DNA of 64,000 bases from Balanoglossus misakiensis (lineage: Eukaryota; Animalia; Hemichordata): positions 7,801,625-7,865,624 of the forward strand of contig CM082579.2 of NCBI GenBank assembly GCA_040954595.2. Reading direction: 5' to 3'. The notes below the pieces were generated by a model. That model did no database searches. It worked only from the letters and a program-made list of their open reading frames with translations, and had not been told where the DNA came from. The translations under genes and the position numbers were made by a program. Shown here in pieces: positions 39,801 to 53,148 of this stretch; position 1 is the stretch's first letter; each line of letters starts with the position of its first letter.

Positions 39801-42724
39801 CTTTGATTTCAGTGGATGGCGACAACAGCATTTGTAAACTACTCTTTCTGGATTCAAGGTCAGCCAGTAAACACTGCGCCCAGCTGGTGGCTAGTGGACC
39901 ACGAGGTGAACATTTTCAAAATTTAATAAGAAATCATGATAATTATGTTTGTTTTGTACCCAAGTGCATTTTCGATGAATTTCCCAGCAAAAAGTGTCTA
40001 GTGGAAAAAACAAAAGCAAAAAGCTGAGAGTTGCATACCGCCATCTACAGGCCAATGTGAAAAGTGATAATACCCTTTTGATTTGCATCGTGTAACATTT
40101 ACCCTGTTCTTCACACTTTCAGGCTGCATTCACTTTTGGAATGTGTACAATGGAGGTGAACTCTATGCCCAGTTTTCTGTGGTAAGGAAAAATTCATGTA
40201 ATGTCATGAACTTTTTACAAATAGAGATACGCAGATAGCCAAGTTTTGATATTGAAGAAATTTTAACAGGAATATGTGTGCTTTTTGGCCCCTAGTTGTT
40301 AGAACACTACACAGTACTGCAACCACGTCTCTACATCACCAGCTCTTATACCAGCCATGTGTTTTCCTAAATATTTCTCTCTAATTTTGTTCCTTCGTTA
40401 CAGGGCAACAAGGCAGCAATCAGTACTATGGCTGCAAATGAGGATGCAACGTTACTGTTCACAGGCAATGGAACAGGTGAGACTTGAAACGGTTTTTCGA
40501 TATTGAGTGCATGCGATAATTTTCTTGAAGGCTAGCTCACATAGTTCACAGTGCCTATTGTCTGTGTTTGAATTATTCAATATACCATCTGTAAAACACT
40601 TAACACACCGTGGTGAATTCGTTGGACATTTTTCACCAAGTTACTATAAAGATTGTTTGATATTGTGGATAGAATGGAGACTATGAAAGCGGTTGTCGTG
40701 GTGATTTATTCATGTAAAGGGGGATATCTTCGGATTGCGCTAATATCAGCATGATTTTAAACCAGCAATGGGTATAGACAGAAATGACAGCATTTGAACT
40801 GGGACTTCTTTATCGTTGATCATGCACATACATGTAGGATGTGTAAAATCTTGGGAAGGTCTCTATGACATGTAATATATGCAAGTGTGATTACTAATAC
40901 TGGTGACCTATCTCTCTCTCTCAGGATTTGTCCACTGTTGGAAGATCGATGGCTATTGCGTTCGACAAAGGGAGTCCCAGCCCCCTGAATGTAAGTATAC
41001 GAAGTCTGACATAGAATTTTTGTCGATAAAATTACAGTACATTGACTGTACACATAGTTGTTTTTTTTACCCTTTTATAGGTAAAACGTAATTGAAATCT
41101 TTGGGGAAAATGACAAGTATATGAATGTGATGACATGGTGGTGGGGGGGAGGCAGAAAATTACTTGGTAAAATCAACATGAATGATATATTTTACAGTAC
41201 TGTTATTTTTACAGTTATCACAAAATAATCATTTATTATTATTATTTTTCTGTCCACTAGTGGTCACATCATGGAGAGCTCATATTCAAAGTGTCACAAG
41301 GTATGTTTCCATGGTTGACAAGTCGTGAATAAAATTCTCAGCTATTGTGGAGCTGATTCTCGGATGACTACTCCAACAAATTCTTTTCCGCTAACAATTA
41401 TTATAGTCTTCAGTGGTGGTTTCCTGACGTGTGCCTTCAATTTTCTCTCCACAGTATGGATTTGGTCGAGGAACATGGCTTGCTTCTGACGTCATCCTTG
41501 GACTGCACCGTCAGATTGTGGACGATGGAAGGAGAATATGCTGGTATGTGTAAATAGTGGGCTCAGGGAGTTTGCTTCTATCAGAGATGGCTTTGACTAC
41601 ATATGCTGACAAAGTTGACTTGTCTATTAAACGAACATGTGATATTTGTTTTTATTTCAACAAAATTATCCAATAAATTTGAATTTGTGGAAAATCAGTT
41701 GAAAGTAATTCCTGACAACTTCAGGTTTTTTTGAGTGACTCCCTAGCATAATAGTTTGATGTACATCTACTTCAATTGGAGTTCAATCTCTTGTGTCTGC
41801 CGCAGGTACGTTTGGACAGCAAGAACCCTGGGACATCTACAACAAGGCCACGTTTCTGCATCCCATGGTGCCGTACGACGTTCTGGTCGACCCCCAGAGT
41901 CTTCCAACCCATCCGGTGCTGGACGGCAAATCGACGGCTGCTCAGGTCATCCACGCGGAATCGCTGGAAAACGGGGCGAATGAATCGGAAGAGGAAGAGG
42001 AGGAAGAAGAAGAGGAAGACAGAAAGGTAGATAACTTGACATCATATATTTTTATGTGGTTGTATCACTCTTTGCAATTATGAATGCGGGAAAGATCTCG
42101 AAAGGTAAAACTTGAAAATATTTTTCTTTTTTTTTGTAGAATGATGCTGTTAATATCACTAACTATCTTGGAATCAAAACTCAGTTTGTTTACGATGATA
42201 CAATGATCCAAGAAGAACTGAAGGGCAAACCTTATGATGACGGCAAGGGCAAAAGGTAACAGTCATTATTTTTATGTAGGGGTATATATTCTTGGTATGA
42301 ATTTTGCAAATCAGTATAAGATGTGAAATTCTTTCTTCGGAAGCAGGAGAGACTCGTTTCCTGTCTGGTCCCTCATTCCAATTTTGATCAATCTGTAAAA
42401 ATCTTAGATCCTGCAACAACAAAAAACAGAAAGTCGACTTGAAAAAAGTAATAGATCACACTTAGGAAATTTACTCATTTTTTTAACTGACTTGCGGTAG
42501 AAAAACTTAGACATTAGTATCCATTGAAGTTGTTGATGTGAAATTCTCCATTTTTCTCCCATTTTCACAGACTTCGTCATGAGAAGCATAAACCACGCCC
42601 AAAAGACAGAGGCGGCCCAAACGCCTACCAGAACCTTAAATGCTTCGACCTGGACGACACACCGCCCCCTTCGGCGCCTTCAAGACACCGAGACAAGACA
42701 GACCCGTTTGATTTTGAAATATGA
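20082..42724 (+). CDS. EF-hand + WD40-repeat protein of the WDR49/WDR95/WDY (cilia/flagella-associated) family, 26 exons
   Basis: Exons: 20082-20423, 31517-31570, 31852-31932 (EF loop DTSGTGTLSLEE), 32442-32507, 32767-32937 (DEFCTYMQLEYAEKE), 33349-33408, 33647-33735, 33927-34019, 34260-34352, 34711-34904, 35129-35387 (IVTGGMDRIVRIWN), 37142-37247, 37920-38071, 38198-38300, 38544-38730 (LITGGRDGKLKVWN), 39006-39166, 39510-39672, 39813-39905, 40123-40181, 40404-40476, 40925-40990, 41261-41299, 41455-41543, 41806-42026, 42140-42255, 42571-42724 (...DPFDFEI*). Junctions are GT-AG and the frame was continuous wherever checked. Linking exon 1 to exon 2 is an inference (both phase 0). Confidence 0.9.
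21778..21818. repeat. (GAT)n(GGT)n microsatellite
   Basis: Directly visible; explains ORF 21779-22150. Confidence 0.9.
22286..22299. promoter_or_regulatory. RFX X-box
   Basis: GTTGCCATGGTAAC matches the GTTNCCATGGNAAC consensus and lies in intron 1 of a ciliary-family gene. Confidence 0.6.
31922..32157. repeat. Local tandem duplication (~120 bp x2) covering an exon end and splice donor
   Basis: GATTGAAAAGGGT..ATGCATTGATATTCC..GTAATCTTT.ATC.AAAAGATTTGTATGTAC.CTATTTATATTAT..GATAATTATTT.ATCTAGTC occurs at 31922 and again at 32045. Confidence 0.85.
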
Positions 42725-45542
42725 AAAACGGAGTACATGTACATACTTTTGCGAAGAAAAAATGTTTGAATGAAAACTCAAGATATTTGAATCTGTTGAA
42801 CAGCAAACACAGAGACTGTGTTCATGAAATGAACCAAGAAAGATCAAGTTGCAAACTAAAACAAAAGAAGAATATGATCAGTTTCATGATATCATGTATT
42901 CTATTACACTGTAGATAAAATAAGGAGTACCTTTGCTGTATATATTTTAAACCATTTTAATGTAATGTAAAAAAAAAGCTATGATCATAGTGAACATGCA
43001 TTCCATTTTTGTGTACTTAACTTGTAAATAATAATCTTGGAATAAGTTTTTTTTTCTTTCTAGGATTGTGTCCGTCCAACTATAGCGTAATATATATTTC
43101 ACACTCTTAAACATCTGGGTCAACTTTATTTTTTATGATAAATCAAAATGCAAATCAAGATGACAATTTTAGACAATTTTAATCGTGTCAGCTTCTAATC
43201 CTAGAAATTGGGTGTGAATTCAGTATATCATGCACATGCTTTTTTGAGAGCAAATGATCAATTTTGGGGGATAAAGCTTCAATCATGATGAAAATGTTTT
43301 AATTTCAATCGACAGTCACACAGGGGTTGTCCACTGGGTCAAGTAATGGGAGGGAGGGAGGACTTTGGATGGTTTGCCAAAAGTGAATAATGGTTTATAC
43401 TTTAACACTGTGTGTAAACTTAAAGCGGCCACAAGACAGGAAAAGAGCTGTGGTCTTTCATATTGAAATAAAATGATGTGTGGTAAAAAGATATTGTCTT
43501 GTTTACTTTTTATTGACAAGTGATAAACATTCAGGTGATATACAATAAAGATTTTCAATTATGCAATTGACACTAAACTCATTCAATATGACTTATCACA
43601 TGCATGGGATTCCTTCCAACGTTTAGAATTGTTATATCAAACAGTATGTATTGGAAAACCTGTCATATACTTGAAAACGAAAGTAATATGTATATATTTA
43701 CGTATCGTAGATGGCGCTGGAACTTTCCCCAAAGGAAACGCATTTATTGCGGCAACACAGTCTCTGCAGATATTTCTGATCTACTTCGAAGCCTGTGACA
43801 ACATCCCTTTTGTAAAATATGCGCAGCTTCAATTCACCAGAAAAATGTCGAAGTTATCAGTTTTGGTGCGATTTCATCGAACGTGTAGAATATTGTTTGT
43901 AACTTCAGTTGCAGTGGGCCGAAAAACCGTTTTGGTTTTCCTAACTGTTGGGGCATTATTACTATTTGATCCTCAAATAAATGTATATTATTGATACAAC
44001 AACTTTTAATGCGGTCTGTACCACACATTTTTCTTGTGAGCCTAATCTCTTTAAAAGTTAAATGCACAGTAGCCAAATTCATTTTTTTTCTTTGTACATG
44101 CATACTTTCATCGTTGATACTATAATCTGAGGCTGAAGACAATTGTACAGGACTGTAACTTAGTGTAAGATTGTCAAAAGAAACTTTTATTGAGCGTAAC
44201 TGAGCACAACATCGCAAGTCAATTATTTTCATGCTATCGTAACACGCGTTACGCACACCCCCAGCCCACACGGGCCCACTGCGCCTGGCCACGATTTCAC
44301 CGCATGCCACGCGCGCGTATATACTCGTACGAGAAATTGCGTCATCTCTGAGGTCCATAAGTGGACTTTACCATTTAACATTGGGTAAAGTAGCTCGAGA
44401 AGTCGATGGGAAGCTACCAATAACGGGGCCGTAGTTAGTAGGGAGGTGTAAATTTTACAAATAATAGTACTGTTACATGAAAATACGTCAACCAATCTCC
44501 AGAATCTGTTAATATAAAGAAATAACCGCGGAGGCTAGATTTTAAGGACACTGTTCAGTTTGTTTTTGTTTATGGTAGCTTCCAATGACCTGACCTGACC
44601 TACTGTGCCAACAGACCGCGCCAGAACATGCATGCGACATCCCACCTTCTCATGAGAGCAGTTAAAATTTGTGTGTATTTTGTGTAGTTGGCCATGCCCG
44701 AGAGAGAAAGCGATACCCGTGGTCGGCGCTGAAGCGAACTCGTGAATATATTGAGCAAAACTAAACCCTTACTGAGTAAGTATGCAACGTCCACAATTTG
44801 AAAGAGACGTCCCGGTAGGCATTTTGCATGTGAGGGACTTTGGGTGCGTGGAGAAACATACATATTCATTGTCGTGTTTGTTTACAATCATGTCATGTCG
44901 ACTCGAGGGACGGATATTGCTGCACCATGATAGTATCCGCAATATTTGTATTGGATTGGGTCAAATTAACGATTCATGCCATTGCGGATCAAGAGAATGA
45001 CCCGTAGTGTACGTACAGCATATGGAAGACGGGATGATAAAAAACAAGAGAACATCGCTTGTCTGTTGCTGGTAGTAACAGTTGTTGCAGGGATAGCTGC
45101 AGTATCACAGCTCGAGGTTTCGCCTGCTGCTATAGGGGTTGAACGGCAGCCTGGTTTCGCCGTCCAGCCCCTAACACCAGACGGTACTGCAGCTGAATAT
45201 CAGTACTAGTGTATCATAGGGTTGTTGACAAAATACGACCATCACCGTATGGAGTGCATTGGCCCATTGCCAGGAGGTACGTACGGTGACGTACGTGTAA
45301 TATCTATGATTTGCTGCAGCAAGTCCATGTTTGGAATAGCCGTAGCTCACATGCGAGTTTGGTTATTTATTGAGTACCACGAAGGTTATTTATTATATAT
45401 AATCTAAACACACACATTTGATTTATTGGATAGCTAGAAGAAATAGTGATGAAACAAGTTTTTCCCCTACTCTTTTTTCAGTTGTCTACCTAAGTGAATT
45501 GTAAAGCTTTTTTTATCCACTGCGGCTGATGATGCAATCGCC

Positions 45543-48500
45543 ATGACAACAGAAGAGCAGATACCGCTTCACCCTGGCAGTCTGCACGTCATAGATGGAC
45601 ACCTCCATCATCACGAGGAGCACGTTCCCCTCCACCCGGGAGGATTGCATGTAGTAGATGGGCATGTGCACCACTTTGAACCCATCAAACCTGATATTAG
45701 CGTCGCATGGCAGACCATCTCAGAATTCACCGCAGGGGCAGTAGGTGAGGAAACATTTTACACATTTTTAACAAACAAACAAACGAGTGTAAGCCAAGTG
45801 TACCTACCATTGATAATCAAGTAATCATGGCACATGAAAATATGTTTTTCCAAAATGCAGCCAATGAATTAATGACTGTTTTACTCTTTGGAAATTGCAA
45901 ATTGAACGATTTTTCTCTGATGTTGTTCTGTGTCTGGTTTTAGACAGCTTTTTATTGCTAGAAGATCATGAAGCTGGTGACTTTGTCCCATTAAGAATGT
46001 TTGATATTAGAAGTCCACAACAGCGCAGATTGCTGTCAGAAAGCTTTGTGTCTGTTGCAGGACCAGACCTGTTTTGTGCAATTTAGTGATCTGTGCCCCA
46101 GTACACAATCCGTTGTTGCGCATGCTAATTACACGTTTACACAATCATTGTTAACTGTCCTTTGTATATGAACATTCCATTTCGTTCAGGAAAAGCTTTG
46201 GTTGCTGACGAAGCTTGGCATTCAAGTCAAACTCGAATGATGGAGGTAATTTCCTATCTGACAAACCTGAGCAGATCTTTGACACATGCTTACAATGGCT
46301 TTCATGAAAATGGTCAATGGCTTATCATATAATCAAAGTAATGAAAGAAAAAATGAAAGTAAAAAAAAATTAAATGCTAAAGCCTATTCATCTCAGTCTG
46401 GGGCTGTTACTCTTCCTGTCCCCACCCCCTCCCCACCCCATCAATTTCCTGTTTTCTTCTGCATAATATACCAAAAATAGACATGACCGGGAACTAAGCT
46501 TTATTTTATTTTATAGGCCAGGAAAACTGTAACGATCGATTACTTGTTACAGATAACATAATAGTTACCATACCCATTTAGACAAGTGCCATACATGACC
46601 TATCCAAAATCCATATAAATTGATATATTAATGATTTTATGACATGGTCAGAAGGGTCCAAATTCTAGTACCTGTCCGAGACACACACACTAAACAAGTA
46701 CATGTATTATTTCAAAGCCTGAAAAATTAATTTGGAAATTTTCCTTTTTTTTGTGTAACATAACACTATTTCTGCTACACCAAGTAGTTTTAAAATCACT
46801 GATGTCTACATGTATGTATGGTGAGATTGCCTATGAAAAGTACATTTTTGTCTACCCAATTCTAGACCAAACTTGAAGAATTTATTGGTCGGGTTGTAAT
46901 TCTCAGGCTTCGTGTGACAGAGGGAAAATATGACCAACAGAATAACAGAAATAGCCCATCAAATGAAAGAAAAATATCCAAAAATAATCTGAACAGATAT
47001 ATTTATAGTGACAAACGAAAAGGACCACTGTAATTTCTGTCTTTTATTTTTGTATTTTTGTTTGGTACAGTCTACATTTTCTTGTTCTTCTCCCTATGGT
47101 AATCCGACTTAATGAAGATTTCTGCGTGACGATTGTTGAAAGATGCATTCACATGTCATCCAGACATAATTATGATTTGTAAACAGTGACAAAATCGATT
47201 CATGCCTTGACATAGGGGCCTATGCTGAGAAGATAAATGCCAGGCATTCAACCCAACCTCAGGCACAGAATAAAAATACCAAAAAATACCAGTAACTAAA
47301 AGTTACGGACAGTGGACCTTGAACCTTGTCTCTAATTCTACCCTGTCTAGGTGGCATTGCCTGCGTGCTGGCCGGCCAACCCTTTGACACTGTGAAGGTG
47401 AAAATGCAAACATATCCCGAATTTTACCGAAACAGTTGGCACTGCTTCAGGACCACGTTCACCGACGAGAGAGTGCGGGGGATCTACAAGGGCACGGTTC
47501 CCGCGCTGGCCGCGAATATCGCGGAAAACTCCATCCTTTTCATGAGCTACGGACTCTGCAAGACGCTCGTGTGCAAACTGTCGGGCCACGCGTCGGCCGA
47601 TGACCTGACCTCGCTGGACAATGCGGCGGCGGGCTCGGCCGCGGCGTTTTTTTCCTCGCTCGGTCTCTGTCCGACGGAGCTGGTGAAATGTCGCATGCAA
47701 GCCATGCACGAAATCTTGGCGAGTCACGGAAAGGCTGACATCAAGAGGTAAGCCAGAGACGAGAATTCCAAACGCTCTCCTTTATAACTAAAATCATATT
47801 CAGAACTCTATATCACTTGCCAAGTTGCGCATTGTGTCCATGGAAAAGTTGGAACGCTAAAGAAGAAACTGGGGGTGATAGGGTTAAAGGCATTCACTAT
47901 AAAGCCTGTTGACGTTTTCAGGAAGTACCAATCTTTACTCCTACCAGTGTTCATTTCCTGTCTCCCTAAGCTGTTATTAAAATATATGCCTAGGTATACA
48001 TGTACATAAAAGTGGATAATTGAAACCAAGAACATTCCATACTGCAGGTGACAAATTTCTCTTGTCTCATCACCAGGGTGTCGGCGTGGAACATCACCAA
48101 GACCATCATCAAAGAAGATGGTTTCAAGGGTTTATTCAAAGGACTCACAAGTACTTGGGCGCGCGAGATGCCGGGATATTTCTTCTTCTTCGGCGGCTAC
48201 GAGATCAGTCGGACCATGCTGACGCCAAAGGGCCAGTCAAAAGATGACCTCAGTAAGTCTGTAGACATGGTGTATCTGCCACCTGTGGCGATATTGCACT
48301 GAAGTACCTTGTATGATAATGATTTTTGGAGCTAATTCGATGTCGTATTGCCTGTGATATAAAATAGACTCTTTCTCACACTGCTTTGTTTGCTGTGTTT
48401 TTATCTACTTGTGAAAGTAAACCCGTTTTTTCCGTCTTTTCAAGGTGTCCCAAGGGTGGTCTTTTCCGGTGGTTTAGCGGGGGCGTTCTTTTGGGCTGCT

Positions 48501-49045
48501 GTTTATCCCATCGATGTGGTGAAATCCCGGATCCAGGTGCAGTCCATGATGGGGAGGGTGGAGGGGTTTATGCCAACTTTGTTGAAGATTTACCACACAG
48601 AAGGTAAGAACGTTGTAGTTCGTGTGCTTGTCGACTAGCCTGTTCTAGTTTTAAAGGGAAGGGGTCGTCGCGCCGTGTGGGTGTCCCCCTTGATGTCCTC
48701 CCATACCAGCGCAAACCCCACTGCAGTCGCCACGACCTACTAAGATCTTCAGTCGCTGTCATGCCCAGTCTACGCTACGGTTGGCTGCTAAGAACATTTT
48801 ACTGAATGAAAATCTTAATAATTTACATAAGACACGATAAAACAAATTATAATGAAAGATTTCAACTCAAGGAATGAAGTGAGCGTATTTCAAAGCTATA
48901 AATTCACATTTTGTGTCATTTTTTCCCCCCAGGAATGCGAGCACTGTACAGCGGTTTTGCCCCCTGCGTCCTTCGATCCTTCCCTTCGAACGGTGCCCTC
49001 TTGGTGGCTTTTGAGTGGGCACGCAGAGAAATGATGAAGCTGTGA
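45543..49045 (+). CDS. SLC25A15: Mitochondrial ornithine/citrulline carrier (SLC25A15/ORNT1-like) with His-rich N-terminal extension
   Basis: Exons 45543-45744, 47351-47747, 48077-48252, 48445-48603 and 48933-49045. Three carrier motifs: PFDTVKVKMQ, PTELVKCRMQ, PIDVVKSRIQ. ORNT signatures: 'PALAANIAENSILFMSYG', 'REMPGYFFFFGGYE', 'RSFPSNGAL'. Probable non-coding 5' exon with donor at 44776 and acceptor at 45481. Confidence 0.93.
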
Positions 49046-49098
49046 GCATCCAATGCCCATCAGAAGATGCGAGGGAGAAGATTGACATACGACACTTC

Positions 49099-49268
49099 TA
49101 GACTCTCTCACAGCCCCTCTCGTCGTCCATGCAGGCTTATGGAGTGATTGCATGTGTGCCCGGGAGAGGTTCGCTACACAACACCAAACGGTGCTTCTCC
49201 CTTGCCAAACGGTTGAGGGCGCATCAGTGCAGAGCCTTGTAGCGAACCGTGGGCTGTGAGAGAGTCTA
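49099..49268. mobile_element. 170-bp inverted-repeat element in the SLC25A15 3' UTR
   Basis: Perfect 18-bp terminal inverted repeat TAGACTCTCTCACAGCCC / GGGCTGTGAGAGAGTCTA, plus an inner 11-bp IR GGTTCGCTACA (49168-49178) / TGTAGCGAACC (49238-49248). Confidence 0.8.
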
Positions 49269-49654
49269 ATGATACTCCTTGCAAACACATTTTATGTGTT
49301 GTTATGATAAATGACAGTGGCAGCTTTTGATCACAACCTTTATGCCTTCAAAGAGGTGTGATCTAAAGAATTTGAATAGTTTGTGTCTAATTCCTGTACA
49401 TATCAGTCACTCGTCTTGTCAATTTGTCATTGGTTTGTCCATTATCCACCTCCATGAGATATCTCCAAAGGGGATATTTATAATTTGTATACATGCATGG
49501 CAGTCTTTTAAGGCTCTGTGAGTCAAATACATACACTTTTGTTTTATATCGAATGTCGATTCTGAAACCAGGTACTAGTTTTATGAGAGACACACTAGAG
49601 GCTGTTATGCATTGAGAATTTCAGACATTTTGGAATTGTCCAGTCCACCCTGGA

Positions 49655-49987
49655 TAAGGCCAAAAAAAACTCATTCCGATAATCTGACCTACCCTAATTT
49701 TAACCTACTGACCATAAACTTTTTTTAAGCGCTAAACAAGTGTGTAAATAAGTAATTCTTCTAATGACAATCAGCATGACAAGTAAAATTACAAGATCTA
49801 CTGTAGAGAGTGGGAGGTGTCATCACCATCTTGTTTGGTGTATTGAAAGATGTGATCGCTTCGAAAAACGCAATAGAAATTGTCAAAAATGTATAGAATA
49901 TTTTTTAAAATCCTGACTTTTAATACCTACCCTTTTTTGACATGCATCACCCATGTTATCGTAACCACAATTTTTTTTCTTGGCCTA
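49655..49987. mobile_element. Probable non-autonomous DNA element with short AGGCCA-poly(A) termini
   Basis: TAAGGCCAAAAAAAA ... TTTTTTTTCTTGGCCTA imperfect termini; the internal CCTACCC motif is repeated. Confidence 0.45.
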
Positions 49988-52104
49988 GGGTTGATTCTCG
50001 TCAACCTCGAACCCAAACATATCCACATTTTCTTCCAGGTAATGGAGGTGCTTATTAAATAAGGAATGTACCGTACATTCAATCGTCACATGTATATATT
50101 GTGTAAAACGGGTACCGAAATCCTTACTGCCAAAATTTACCGATAATCTCAGTACAAGCCAGTCAGTTCTAGATTTTAGTGAAACAGAGATGTTTTACAG
50201 TGGCAAAATAACGGACAGAAACAAAGTGGTGAGATTGAAGTTTCTTCAGAGAAACAAAGATGTTGAATATTTTCACAACATGCATACATTTGTTGTATCA
50301 ACATGATGGAAAAATGTTGTTGTGTTTTGGCTTGCATGAAGATACACACAAAGGCTTGCTGAGGAGATACATGTAAATAATAAATGTTTAATCCTGCAAT
50401 AGGGAGATGAAGAAGAAACCAAAGTTGATACACACAAATAACAATACGTGCATCATCAAAATTTACAGATAGTAGACTTCACAGTATTAGGCTGAAGTAA
50501 CCACTTGTGTGAAAAGTTAGTAAATATCAGTGTGGGTGGTGGTTTATGAATTGTGATTTTAATCATAAATATAATAGTACTGAGCATTTTCTTGAATTTC
50601 ATGGTTTGTCTGACTGTCAAACAGATAGATTGTCATAGCAACTGTAAATGTTTATTTCGGTCTCCGAAACATTTCATATTGAAACAGATGGACATGACTT
50701 CTCGGAGTTCACACACAATACTAATTCTGTACTACGCATTCAGAAATCAAGCTATCTTATCAAGTTCAAGTTGATAATTGCATCACATCAGAGCTACATG
50801 GATTGTTTATCAATCTGCTCTGAATAAAAACTGACTTGTTCGGTGAATTTCATTGGCATAGCACTATGCCACTTTCTGAAATGATACCCTCAGTTTTGTG
50901 AGGGCTGAAATCTGGTGAAAACCAACTGAATATTTTGACTTCTCGTCTTTATCACGGGATAATTTATTGATTTATAATTGGTGGTTTGTATACAGTGCAA
51001 TTACCCATGATAATATTAAGTTGTACAAGGTAATAGGAACAAAGTAACTTTTGAAGTACAAGTCTTAGACAACATGTACTTTGGAAGGAATGATTGGTCC
51101 TGATTTTGGCCGTGACTGACACACCAGCATCTAAAATTTTGACAACTCTTGTTTGTAAATCAAAATTTAAGTCAGGGTGTCAGTTGGAAGTCAGAGGCGT
51201 TTTGTTTTCCAGTGTTCCCTTGTTTATTCCGAGTATTTGGAGGTCACCCTAAGGTCATAGGTCATCACCTAGCCACAGGTTCATGTTCAGTCCAGAGATT
51301 GCAGTATTCTCAAATACAAATTTGCGTGGGAGATAATTAACACTCACTGCAAGAGTAAACGTCAAAATGAAAGTGCGTGTATCTCAACATTAAAAAATTC
51401 TGTACACTTACAACCATACTACATATGCAATCAATCATGTACGAAATTACTCTATATACACAAGACAAGGATTCCCATATCCAATAAACTTTAATTCTTG
51501 AAAATTACAAACTCTTCATTGTGTATCATTATTACACTGTCATGGTAACATGGCGAATTGATAGATTTCTAATGGTGCAAATAGTTCATTTCTGCCTAAG
51601 AACATCCATACCCAAAACTATTAATGTGAAATTGGTATGTGGGGACTAACAAAACACAATGTAAATGCATATTATAATATTCATATTAAGTAAGAGTATA
51701 AATGAGGTATACTGCATTGGTGATGTTCAAATTCTGTTCAGTATTTTCATCAAATTTCCTGAGATATAATCTTGTTAGGTCTCTTGATAGAAAATAGAAT
51801 GTACTACATGTTTAACTTGCACATGGTATTAAACATTATAGATAAATTGCTTTGTAAAGATTTATTGTCTTTGTGAGGCAACCGAAACGTTGAAATTTCC
51901 AAAAGATATATAAAGATCTTGTTCAATGGAGAGTTGCTTCCTGATTTGCATAATTCCCATAATCCAACACTGCTGGTTTGTACTTCTTCAAACATTGTCC
52001 ACTTGCAAAGGTCATAAAGCTCGACTACAAGCCTTCCTTTGCTCTTGTTTTCGGAGTGCAAAAACCTCGACTGGCGAGGATGCTCTCATACAACTATTGT
52101 GCTT

Positions 52105-53117
52105 TTACGCACTGCTCTCATGGACGTCTGAAAATGTCAACGTGACGGCGAAGTCTTCCTTGAACACTTTCCAGGCGCTCTCTTTGTGCAGGTTGTCGAT
52201 CTGTGACCGCTGCAAATGCAGCGAGGTGTCCTCGACGAACCGTGTGTTGAAGCAGATGTAGAACACAGAGTCACCGTGGCCTGTCGGGACGCTCTTCTGT
52301 TGGAGAGGCAAAACAACATCTGATGAATAATGTACGGTCTGCATCATGTGTATGCATGTCCTTTCCCAACCCCATCCATCCCCATCTGTTGAGGTCAGTC
52401 CACACTACTAAAATCAGTGGGCTTGTACCAAATTGGGGAGAAGACAGGGGTTTCAACTAGTGTATCAGTAATCAGCCCCAAAATTCTAAAGTGAAATATT
52501 CAAAATAACTCACCAATGACGAGTAACAGACTATTTTCACATCTCCCGACAGGAACGGTGAATTTTGCACTTGCACAAGAACGCTGTCTTTGTCGTAGTC
52601 ATATACAGTCTGGTGAAATCAGGTGAACGGAAAAAAAGACGAGAGTTAATGACTTTGAAGTGTATTTGTCAGTCATTCAGTGTTTGTCTGAGGTGAACTG
52701 TACAATTTTACAATGAGAATAATCTATTGTCCATTAACATATATTTACATAATTCCCAAATTAGATGGTACATCTGTACCAATTGTTGACAGAATCCTTC
52801 AAACATTTTTTTTCCCTTTATTTCAATTCTGCTTCTACTTACCTGGCAGTTGACATTCCCTGCCAGTTTACACTCATAGATGCAATGTTTGTTGGATATG
52901 ATCTCAAATTTCAGATCCCTACAATCTCCCTTCCCAATGTCTGAAAAGTCAAAATGTCAAAATGTTAGCTACACCAAAGCTAGGGAACTAGCTGTTTCCT
53001 TCTCGCTGAAATGTGTCGAAATTGCCCGGTGTTACACTTGTCAACAATACTGGTATAGACATAGACCGTGGGACTTTTGGAGGGTCTATGGTATAGGTAA
53101 GGCCAGAAATGCACATT

Positions 53118-53148
<31 letters not shown>

